From the NCBI RefSeq assembly GCF_001194135.2, contig NC_069007.1, positions 22,374,599 through 22,438,598 of the forward strand: 64,000 nt of DNA, written 5' to 3'. Position 1 is the stretch's first letter. Every line of letters begins with the position of its first letter. The notes below the pieces were generated by a model that saw only the letters and a list, made by a program, of their open reading frames with translations, ran no database searches and had not been told where the DNA came from. Both the position numbers and the translations under genes were made by a program. Positions 33,260 to 45,800 of this stretch are shown in pieces. The stretch comes from Octopus bimaculoides (Eukaryota).

Positions 33260-34280
33260 ATGAGTATCTGTAAATGGGATGTTTGTTGGTCCAACAGCAA
33301 CCATGATAATTTCATCATGTGCGGGACTTCAGTCACCCAGTATCGGGTGGAAAACAAGGCCAACTTGGCACAGAATCAAATGGGTAAGTAATTTTTTTTA
33401 ACCCTTTCATTTCCCTCCAATTTATTAAAAAAATAATGTAAAAAGAGACAAAAGATGTGGTGTGCAAGAGAGACGAATGCACTGATATGGTCATGCATGT
33501 GAAGAAGTGCCATCTCTAACTGGAGGGAACCTGTGGAAGAGGTAGACCCAGGAAGACATGAGATGAGGTGGTGAAGCATGATCTTTGTATGTTGGGCTTA
33601 ACGGAGGGGATGACAAGTGACTGAGACCTTTGGTGCTATGCTGTGCTTGAAAAGACTTGTTCGGTCAAGTGAAATCATAGTCGTGGCTGTTGCTGGTAGC
33701 ATGTAAATGGCTCCTGTGCCAGTGGCACGTAAAAAGCACCCATGGCACTTTTGGAGTAGTTGGTGTTAGAAAGGACAGCCAGCCGTAGAAACCATGCCAA
33801 ATCAGACAATGGTTTCGAATTTTGTCACAAGGCCAGCAATTTTGAGGGAGGGGATGAGTCGATTACATTGACACCAAGTCTTTAACTGATTCTTATTTTA
33901 TCGACCCCGAAAGGATGAAAGGTAAAGTTGACCTAGGCAGAATTTGAAACCATCACCAAGTATAATGATATCTGTTTCAACACACATTTTGACAAATTAC
34001 TTATTATTTTCTTGTATTTTTATTTCTTCTATTTTCAGCGAAAGCTGTTTCCTTATCAAGCAACTCCTGTGCCATTCCTCTCTACACATGCCTCCCTTCG
34101 GATGTACAGTTTATGAAGGTTAGTAGTGTCGATACACATTCATATAATTGGTGCAAGCATGGTTGTGTGGTTAAGAAGTTTGCTTCCTGACCATGTAGTT
34201 TCAGGTTCAGTCCCAATATGATACCTTGCTTGGGTAAGTGTCTTCTATAGCCCCAGACTTCTGCTATAGCTTAAAAGAGG

Positions 34281-34311
<31 letters not shown>

Positions 34312-37300
34312 GCATCATAATCTAAACTGGAAGCTAAGACAGATAAAGGGTAAAGACTGTTTTCAGTGATGAATGACCATGGGATTGAACCTAGAAAGTT
34401 TCCCTCTGAGGCACAAGTCCGGGCAAGGTTGTTTATGGAAGACCAGCAGTCACCCATGCATACCAGCCTCCCCCTCTCCACGCCACCACTGTTATCCAAT
34501 GGAAAGGCAAAGGGGCCCCGTTAAAGCTTGGCTCCAGTGATGTCGCAACTCATTTCTACAGCTGAGTCAACTGGAGCAACGTGAAATAAAGTGTCTTGCT
34601 CAAGAACACAATACACAGCCCCGGTTCGGAAATCAAACTTACTACCTCATGATTGTGAGTCCGGCATTTTAACCATTGAGCGATGGAATAGATAAGAATG
34701 AGATATGAAAATAAAACAAATTGAGGAGTAGAGTTGTAGGTATGAGGTTTAGTGTAGTGGAATAACCTTGATCTCAGTAAATACTTCTAATGTCATTACC
34801 TCTGCCAAGGAAAGAGGTTATGTTTTCATAGGCATTGGTTTGTCCGTCCGTCCGTGTGCAAAATAATTCAAAAAGGTGTGAACAGTATTTGATGAAACTT
34901 GCAGGAAATGTTGGTAATGACACAAAGAACAGATGATGAATTTTTGGTAGTGATCCGGAAATTTTTATGGATTTTTGAAGGATTTTTCATTTATTATATT
35001 TACTTTACATGAAGTATTACAACGTTACATTCTTTGATTATCTCCCTTGAAACACGTTCCTCGTTCCCATGTAACTTATTGTGGCTTTGCTGTTTTCAAA
35101 GTTTCTTTTCATTTCTCTATTAGTAATTTTGCTCACGTATCTATCTTAAAATGAGCTGCTTAGCAGAGGTCTGCGCTCTCCGAATGCTTTTCTAGTTTTC
35201 TTACTGTTTTGTTATTTTTCAGTGTGTGGCACTCTACCCAAGACCAGAATATCCAAACCTCTTAGCTATCGGACAAGTCGTTGGCAAAATTCTTCTGACC
35301 AAGTAAGTGTGGAGAAAAAACAACTGTTGTTGATTTATTTATCATTTCTTTCATTGAATGTGTAATGTCAGTGTGCATCACTCTCTTGTCTCTCCCTGCC
35401 TCTTCTGTTGCTATGGCAACAAACTCTGGCTCACTGACGCACAGCTGCTAAGGCTTCTGTTTTGTTAGTAGTTAAAAGCACACACATAGATTATAGCAGA
35501 CAAGAATCGTCTGCCATAGGCGTTGGAATTTCATATCATGTGATTTCACTCTGCTGGAAATCATCAGTGGGAGGTGTCCAGTCACCGCATCCCAGTCAAA
35601 TCTTGCTGTTACAATATATAGAATATCAGCATCTTGTCAGACGCTGATGTTGCAAATAGCCAACAGGCTAATTAAAAATTAATTATTAGCAACAGAAGCA
35701 GCATTAATACCAAAATGTAATCTTAATATCCACCTTCAGATGGATTGCCTTGTTAGAACACGAAATACTGTCATTAGCCTTGAGATCCTCTCATTTAGCC
35801 ACTTGATGCATAAAAGCACACACATACAAAGGGGTGCTGAAAAGTTACTGATATTAAGGGTACCGTGAAAGGCCTGGTCACAGGCCCAACCTTCCACTTT
35901 CTTTTACAGGGCTTAAAAAAACTGAAAGACAACTGGAATAAATGTGTGAATCTGAGAGGGGAATATGTAGAATAAAATCAAATGCCCGGATCTTTTCAGT
36001 GTCAGTTGTAAGAGTCCATACAGAAGGATCAAAGTTGCCAGAGTCTTGTACACTCTGAGTCTTGTTGGAAAACAAGTAGAAGCAGTGCAGCAGAACTACA
36101 GGAGCTAAGACTTAAAACTGGAAAAAGTATCAGGAGCATACGGATGGAGATCAACTGAGAAAAGAGCATAATCCTAGATAATAGTAGCAACCAAAAGACA
36201 GCATGGTGCTGAACAGAGACAGACTTGATGGACACCTTCAAGTACGTAGGATCCACGTTTGACCAAGGACAACATTTCTCAAAGGAAGATAACAACAAAA
36301 GTAGTGTGTTTCAACTGAAATATGATAGCAAAAGGGTTAAACAACAACATTTGTTTCCTTAGTAGTTTATTAACTGCCCATTGTACCATTTTCAAGTTTT
36401 GTTTCATTTTGCTTCATTTTCTTTTAACAGTCTTGGAGATGTACGGAACTGTGATTTGGCAGGCAAAGAATTTGGTATGTTTCATTCTGTTGATCTTCAC
36501 TTTACACTTCTCAGTTTATCTATCTGTCTATCTCTCAGTTTATCTATCTGTCTATACATTCTACATCTATTTGTTACATGATACAAATGAACTACAAAAG
36601 GTCCATTTAACTGCGATATTTCATAAGCTAGAAATGACAGCAAGACTTTAGCAAAAATATTTGCAAAGATGGAGACAGAAATAACATAGAGGGAAGCAGA
36701 AAGAAAGATATGTAAATATATAATGTATCAAAGCTCAATGTACGCTAGACTTGCTGCCAGAAATAGCAGCCAAATCTCCCTGAATTTCACATCTCTCTAT
36801 CTATCTAGCTAGCTAGCTATCTATCTGTCTATTTGTCTATCTACTTATCTATCTGCCTATTTGTTTTTCCATCTACTTATCTATCTGTTTATATGTTTAT
36901 TTATCTATTTGTCTATCTCTCTACTTATCTATCTTTCTGTTTGTCTATCTCTCTACTTATCTATCTCTCTCTTTGTCTATCTCTCTATTTGTCTATCTGT
37001 CTATAGATAGACAGACAGACAGATATACATGAAACATGTTTTTCTCAAATTCAACATCATGAACCATAACTGTTCTTCCCTTTGCCATTTCTTCTAATAA
37101 CCATTCTAAATGTCTGCTTCTTCCATTGTTTTGATTACAGCTCAGAGACACACAAGACAGTGTAATTATTTGGCATGGAACCCAATTGAATCAAATTTGG
37201 TAAGTTTCCAGTAAAATCATTTTGATTTCATATTTTCCCTTTATTTTTTTCTGTATCTGTAACCAAAATCAGTAGTTAAGTCAATGAATGAATCTCTATC

Positions 37301-39762
37301 AGGTTGTTAAACCTGCCAGAAATTGCAGCCAAACTGCCCTCAAAGCACATCCTATTGTATAGCAAAATTTAAAGTCACACTGAAAAATGTAGTCCCTGAT
37401 ATTCCAAAAAGACATGATCGCAAGGCTGTTTGTTCTTCTGTTTACAAATTTACAAGTCAGTAAACACACTTAAGACAAAGAGAAAGTAGTAAATCAATCA
37501 TGAAAATGCATCACACACACACACACACACACATTAACTTTTATGAGGAAAAGACCAACAACGACTTAGAAGTTTCAGCTTTCTTGCCTTCATCACACTC
37601 TGGTTTACTTTGGCTCTTTGTCGGTTTGTATGGCTTTTGGCAAGTTGTTTTTTCATTGGTGAAATGATAATTAAACATAATGGAGGTAGACCAGGGAAGT
37701 AGCTGTGTAGGAAGTCAGGATTTGAGGCAGATAGGAGTAAAGTATGTTAGGAGTAAAAATTAATTCCCATCCGTCCTTAACCTCTGATCAAACATCCCCT
37801 GAGGCATATAGTCATTATAAACGTGTTATAGTCATGCTATTTAGCTCTGTTTTGTTTTGCTCAATTAACCCTCCACAGGAGCTAGCTTAAAAGTCTGCAC
37901 AAAGTGTGGTTTTCAAGCTCGTCATTGATATTGTTACTCTATCTGTTCACTGTTTAATATTATTACATTGTTTTATGTTGTCTTATATTCCAGTTGGCTG
38001 CCGGACTTGAGAAAAATCGACATGATGGTTGCATTGCAATCTGGGACGTGAACAGCAAGTCTGTAGAATCGGCAATGCCTCTTGAAAGAAAACATTATGT
38101 TCCTAATGAAGTGACTAAACCATATTTAGATATTGGTAAGATTAACATTAGGTTTATAACATTTCTGTGTGAATTTGATGGTGGTGGAGGTGATGGTTGT
38201 GACATTTTTTTATTTATTTCAGTCATTTGACTGCGGCCATGCTGGAGCACTGCCTTTAGTCGAACAAATCGACCCCAGGTCTTATTCTTTGTAAGCCTAG
38301 TACTTATCTTATCAGTCTCTTTTGCCAAACCGCTAAGTTACGGGGACGTAAACACACCAGCATCGGTTGTCAAGTGATGTTGGGGGGACAAACACATATA
38401 CACAAACATATATATATATATGACAGGCTTCTTTCAGTTTCCGTCTTCCAAATCCACTCACAAGGCTTTGGTCGACCCGAAGCTATAGTAGAAGACACTT
38501 GCCCAAGGTGCCACACAGTGGGACTGAACCCGGAACCATGTGGTTTGTAAACGAGCTACTTACCACACAGCCACTCCTTGACTTTTTTTTTCTTTCCAAG
38601 TTATGATGATGTCTCTGAGATCACTAACTTGGAACGGCCCCAGCCCCATCAAGCAAGAGCATGAAGCCAAGCCAAGCAAGGTGCCCCAGTATGACCACGG
38701 TCTAATGACTGAAACAAGTAAAACATAAAAGATATCTCAACAAAAAACACTTTCAAACTTGATTTACCTCTAAAAAGGATAGATCATCATCATCATCATT
38801 GTTTAACGTCTGCCTTCTGTCCTGGCATGGGTTGGACAGGTTGACAGGAACCTGCACCAGATTTTTGTATCGGATTTGCCAGGGTTTTTACAGCTGGATG
38901 CTTTTTACGTGGCATCAGCATTGAATAAAATCCTGGAGATAGCAGGCATTAATATATTCTAAAACTTTCCAGAGATAACGGTAATGACATTTTGAGTGGA
39001 TTTCTGCAATTCAAGGATTGATCAATTGTTGTATTCTAATATCTCATTAATATTCTTTGTTTTCTCTAGGAATATCGGAATTTAGTACTTCATTTTGCTG
39101 GCAGCCAAGAGAATCGAAGACGTTTGTAGCTGGAGTCAATAAATGCCTACGTGTTTATGATATTCGAGGTGAGTTGTGAGTTCCAATGCCAAAATGTTGC
39201 TACAACTTTCAGGTTTGGACTTTCCAGACTGTTAACCATATCTTTAGAAATGAAATGTTTGTAAGAATAATCCCAAACACACACACACACAGATGTGTGT
39301 GTGCATATATACAATGTGTGGTGAATAAACTGTCATCTAAATTCCAGTAGCCACCCTCTTGACCCAGGGCAGCACTACCTCCTCCAGGCACTTGATGTAG
39401 GCCTCTGTTTTGAGTCTGAGGCCATGTGGAAAGATGAAGGGAGGCATAACATCACCATCACTAGTGATCACTCCAAACACCATGATGTTGACTGGATGTT
39501 TGATTTTTATCACTCTCAGTATACGTCCTCAAATTGACACTCAAACACTCTAAACTGTTTGTATTGGTGCTTTCAGTGTGAATACCAAGTGGTACAGCAT
39601 GTCGTTTCCAAATTTATGGCAGAGTGAATTGCGTCGTGGTGCTGTTTTTCTCACAGACAGTGCCCGACTGCCCCTACTATACTGTGTAGTCATCAAAATC
39701 AAAAACAAACGATGCGAATTTGCAAAATCAAAAATATAAGACAGCGACAATTTATCCATCAC

Positions 39763-39806
<44 letters not shown>

Positions 39807-42800
39807 GTACAGGCACTAGTGTGGCTGTGTGGTAAGAAGCTTGCTTCCCAACAACATGGTTCTTGGTTCAGTCCCACTGCCTCGCACCTTAGGCGTCTTC
39901 TAGTATAGCCTTGGGCCAACCAAAGTTTGTGAGTGGATTTGGTAAACAGAAACTGAAAGAACCCCACCATGTGTGTGTGTGTGTGTGTGTAAACTGAAAG
40001 TAAAGGTAAAGTTAGCTTCTCAAGTCATAAGGTGTATATATATTCCCCCACCTCCCCACCTGGATGGGACGCTAGTCCATCGCAGGATTAATAAGTCCTG
40101 ATGTCTGTTTGTTTGACTAAAACCCTTCAAGGCAGTGCTCCAGCATGGCCACATTCAAATGACACTGAAACAAGTAAAAAAAATAAGTAAATAAATAAAA
40201 GCATTGGTGCATTTTTTTGTTTCCTTTTAACATAACTAACCGTTTGTTGTATTTTATAGAATCTACCAAACCCCAGTTGTCAACTAACACCAAAGCCCTT
40301 TATGGCATATCTATTGATCCTTTGTTCCCAAACAGAGTTGTTTCCTTTACCGAGGTAAGCTTTCCTCTCTCACTTCAATTTCTCAATTATTTTTGTAATC
40401 TCAACTAATTAACTCTTCAACATTTAAACTGGCCATATGCACCCCAAATATTCTTCCTGTTTTATGTTCAAACTGACCAGATCTTACCTCTCACACTTAC
40501 TCTATAATGGCATTCATCATCATCATCATCATCATCACATGTCTGTTGTCCATGTTAGCATGAATCAGATGGTTTGACCAGAACTGGCCAGCTGGAGCGC
40601 TGCACCAGGCTCTAGTCTGCTTTGGCCTGGTTTCTAACAGCTGGATGCCCTTCCTAATGCCAACCACTTTACAGAGTGTATTGGGTGCTTTTATGTGGCA
40701 CCAGCACAAGACTCTTGCAGGCCAATCCTCTTCACCAGGGTGTGGGGAGGCAGCCTTAACGTTTCTGCTATAGAGTAGTGGTCTTACATCATCAAAATCA
40801 CAGTTACGAGATGATAAATGATTAATGAAGACAATGTGAATAAAAAACATTACATTTGACAGGATAATGTGAATGCTAAAGGATTAAATAGTTAAAGCCA
40901 GTTAACACCAACCCACATTAAACCACATCTGGTCCAAAGATTAAAAACCTCCCATTTTAACCTTTTGTTACCATATTTCAGTTGGAATCTACAGAGTTTG
41001 TTTCAATTAATTCTTAAAATAATGACTAATTAAGTAAAATAACTTTGTCATTGTTAAGCTGATGTATGGAACCTAAATTAACATGAAATTTTGATTTCTA
41101 TCCTTTTTTAGGACAGTGTTTGTATGTATTGATACCAGTTAATGTGTGTGTGTGTGTTTGTCAGTATATATGTATGTGTTTCTATGTTGGTGTTTGTGTG
41201 TGCTTGTATGTCAGTGTTTGCATATGAGAGTGTGTATCAGTGCTTCTGTGTGTGTGCGCGTGTATCATTCTCGGTGTATGTATAACACTGTCCATGTGCA
41301 TGTTTGTGTGTGTCTCTTACTATCAGCATATGCCAGTGTTTGTACTTGCTTGTCATTCAGATTGTCAAACATAATCTGTTTGATTCGTCATGGATTTTAA
41401 ATATCTGTTTTTTTTTTTTTTCAGAATCAAGTATTTATCTGGAATCTTAGAAACTTAGATGATCCTGTATCCTTTTACTGCACACTGTGTATTAATATCA
41501 GGGCAGAGGAAGTAGGGAGCAGGTGTCAGAGGAACAGTAGAATTGATAAGACCTCTGCCAAGATCCCTTACCGAATTTAATGAATTTAATTGTATATATT
41601 AGGGGACGTGAAGGAGCATGGCCTAGTGGTTAGACTGTTGCACTCACAATCGCTACATCATGGGTTCAATTCCCTGACTGGTCGTGCATTGTGTTCTTGA
41701 GCAAAACACTTCATTTCGTGTTGCTCCAGTTCTCTTTTCAATCAGTGGGGAATCAGAACACAACACATTGCTCAGTCCAGGAATCAAAACCACAATCTTC
41801 CAATTATGAGTCCAACATCCTAACCACTAAGCCATGCACCTCTACTCTAATTACAGGTACCTCATACTGACTCGTAACTTGAATAGTACAGTATTAATAA
41901 ACTTGTATCATTTATATTAATGTCCAGACACCTGTAATTCATTGAACTATTTAAGCAAATTAGAAATTTAATTTAGAGGCAGGATGGCAAGTTGGCCAAA
42001 TTGTTAGCATGCTGAGCAAAATGTTTAACAGTGTTTTATCTGTCTTTACATTCTGAGTTCAAATTCCACCAAGGTNNNNNNNNNNAAACCACAATCTTCC
42101 AATTATGAGTCCAACATCCTAACCACTAAGCCATGCACCTCTACTCTAATTACAGGTACCTCATACTGACTCGTAACTTGAATAGTACAGTATTAATAAA
42201 CTTGTATCATTTATATTAATGTCCAGACACCTGTAATTCATTGAACTATTTAAGCAAATTAGAAATTTAATTTAGAGGCAGGATGGCAAGTTGGCCAAAT
42301 TGTTAGCATGCTGAGCAAAATGTTTAACAGTGTTTTATCTGTCTTTACATTCTGAGTTCAAATTCCACCAAGGTCAGCTTTGCCTTTCAGCCTTTCTAGG
42401 TCATTGAAATAAATACCAGGTGGGCCTGACTCTAGTCTAAGGCTGAAAACTCTTGGCCACAAGGTGAGATTTGGTGCCAAATGTTGAAAAGCCATGGGTA
42501 AACATGAATATACTCTCTCTTAGAATTCTATCTTCAAGTTTACAGTTGTATTTCTTTAACTTGTTCACTAGGAATTTACAATCTCTGAATTAAAACCTGT
42601 ACAGAAAGTCAGTTGGTGCCCCACACGGTGAGTGTAGCAGCTTATATATAAATGTGTGTATGTGTATTAACCGTTAATCCAAGCATGTTTTTTTCCCTCT
42701 TTTCATTCCTTTTCTTAGAAGAGCACAGGCTTGAAACATCAACGATTTCTTCCATTTTTCCTGAGCGTCAAACTAATACACCTTGTTTGTTGTTCCCTCA

Positions 42801-45800
42801 CCTGTCTCTGTCTTTGGTTATTGATTTTTTTTTTATACACTTTTGAACTATATATATATATTGGTCAATTGGGGCAAAAGACACAAGCCCAAGGTGCCAC
42901 ACAATGGGACTGAACCGAAAACTGTGTAGTTGAGAAGCAAGATTCTCATCAAACAGTGCAAGTCATTATCATCATCATCATCATCATCGTTGAAATTAAT
43001 AATTAATACATTTAGTAACTATAAATTTTGCTTATTATTAAAATGTCCCTTGGTGTTTTTTTCTTTTCAGGGTCGGTTTCCTCAGTATTCTGTGTAAAGA
43101 TAGCTCAACAATTCAACACTGTGATATTATCCACACTTCTGATGGTAAAGGATCTTTTTAATTTTGTTTCTCTTCAGTTTTTCTTTTCAATAACCTCTCC
43201 TGCTTCCAGATTTCTAGAATTCTTTCCAACTACCTACTCGACAAACTTCAAACAAAACACTATAAACTTCACAAACCTATGCATGCTCAACCTGCTAGAA
43301 ATGGTAGCTAAATGGCCCTCAAATTATGTTCTATCATCTTAACCTTTCTGTTACCATATTTCTGTTGCAATACACTATTTTTGCTTCACTTAATTTTGAA
43401 AATAAGCAAGAATTTAGTAAGATAATTTCTGTCATTGTTGAGGCCCCACTTTCAAAGATCATGCTCCACCACCAGTGTCTCTGGGGGTATCTCTACTTCT
43501 TGTGGAGGAAGAACAAATAGCTTACTTGTCTTCTTTGTGCAGCCCATGCTGGAGTGCTGTCTTAAAGGCTTTTAGTCAAATACATTGCCACCAATACTTA
43601 TTTTTCAGGTCTGGTTCTTATTATATCGGTGTCTTTAGCTGTACCGCTTAGTCATGGGATTTAAAAGAAAGACACATGTACAGTGGGCTTCCACACAGTT
43701 TCAGTTTACCAAATTTACTCACAAGGCATATGTCTAAAACTGTTTCTTTCATACTCTTCTAGGCCCAGATGATCTTGAGCCAGCTTACATTCAAAGATAT
43801 ACACCCTGTAAGTATCATCGTCACCATCATCGTTACCACCATCACCATCATCGTCATCACCATCAATCCTCACTCTTCTTTTTCTCTCACATTCACATGT
43901 TCTCTCTCTTCTTCTCTCACTCTCATATTAACACATGCTCCCTCTCTCACTCTCTCTCTCACTCACTCTCATACTAACACATGTTCTCTCTTTCTCTTTC
44001 CTTTATTGCCTCAGGTGATAAGTCGACATGCCTTTCCTCCTTTGCTTGGCATCTCTCTGAAGACAATCGTTTCCTCACCATTCGACCCAATGGAATAATG
44101 ACTGATGAGACGATTTGTAACCAAATTGCTCTGGTAAGTTACTTCTCCATCTTTGTAGTTTTGTTGTTGTTGTTGTTGTTGTTGTAGCAGCAGCAGCAAG
44201 TATTGTTGTATAGCTCCACATCAACTGTAATGTGTCAGACCAGTTATCAAGTGTTCCAGCTGAGATTATCCATCTTATAGTCAACAAGCTAATCTAGGAC
44301 TACATTATCTAATGTGTCCCCTTTTTGTTGTTGTTGTTGTTTAACCCCAAGTCACACCTATATTATGAAAGGTGTTACTGTTTTCATCAGTAAAAAGGTA
44401 AAAGACTCATCCCCTCCCTGCTTCAGCCATGAATATTTTTATCTCTTTATCTTACAGGATTGGTCGAATGAATTTAATTTAACAGAAGTTTCTGGGAAGA
44501 AGAAAGAAGACATTCATCTTTGTAAAGAACTCCTCAAAGAAGACATTGGGATGATTATGAAGAATCGAGCCATGCTTGAATATGGAATGGAGGTCAGTCC
44601 CTAATTACACTAGCCATGACGTTGTTTTTGTTGTAAATCTCAACTTACGGTAGTTGGTGGTGGTGGTGGTGGTGGATCTCTCATCTGTTGACTGTGTATT
44701 GTCATTTTATATTTTTAGATAGATAAACCATGGAAAAGTGCTGAAATAGTACAAGATGACAAAGTGCTTTCACGACTCTGGACGTGGATGGCAAGTATCC
44801 TTTTAATTCTGTTTGAAAATTACAGAAACAGATCCCATAAACATTATTCACATTATTTACATTTGACAGATATTTATCTTCATCTTGTTTGTTGTTAACA
44901 CGTTTCAGCTGATATACCCTCCAGCCTTCATCAGGTGTAGATCCCATAAAATTCAAAAGTTCTTTGAACAAATTTCTCAAAAAAAATCCCGGACCAATCT
45001 CCTACACCCAGATATGTCTCCAACAATAATAACTTGTTGCTAGAGTGGGCCATGGTGTCCCATATATGACTGAGGTGTGAATCACAATCTAAAAGACTTC
45101 ACCAGGTGGCGCTGTTAAGTTAGACATGGCCTGAGCCTATACTGGCTGAAACCGAACTTATCTAAGTTACTCATATTTAGAGTTTTACAGTGAAGGTTTT
45201 AAAAATTGTATTTTCACTTCCTTCAGTTTATTTTAAGTTTCCAATATCTGTTGTGTGTTGTGCACAAATCTTTATTAATTACCAAATTTGTTTGTTTGTG
45301 ATTAATAATGTTTATTTGTATGAAACTGGTCCATTGTTTCCTTAACTGTTGTTTATCCCAGTGTGTAAAGATAGAATTAGAGATAAGATGAGAAAAACTG
45401 AGCAGAATTGCTATTATGGAGTTGAGAGTGTTCTGTTAAACTTGAAGAGTAAAGAGACGCGAGAAAAATGGCAGGGACTTGAAGATAATGAAACATGTGC
45501 CAAATATGTTTATCGCAGTGAGGAGAGGTAAGATGTGCCTTTTTTTGTGTTTTATTGGGGTTTTTTATTTTGTTTAATAATTTTGTCAGTAAATGTGTCA
45601 GTGGCCTATCATCATCATCATCATCATCATCCTTTAACATCCGTTTTCCATGCTGGCATGAGTTGGATGGTTTGACCAGAGCTGGCAAGCAGAAGAGCTG
45701 CACCAGGTTCCACTCTGACTTGGCTTGGTGTCTACAGCTGAATGCCTTTCCTGATGCTAACCACTTTACAGTGTGTGATGGGTGCATTTAATGTGGCCCC

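Noticed and set aside
41787-42374. Exact 289-bp direct repeat
   Set aside because: The copies are identical and sit on either side of a 10-N gap, which is typical of an unmerged contig overlap.
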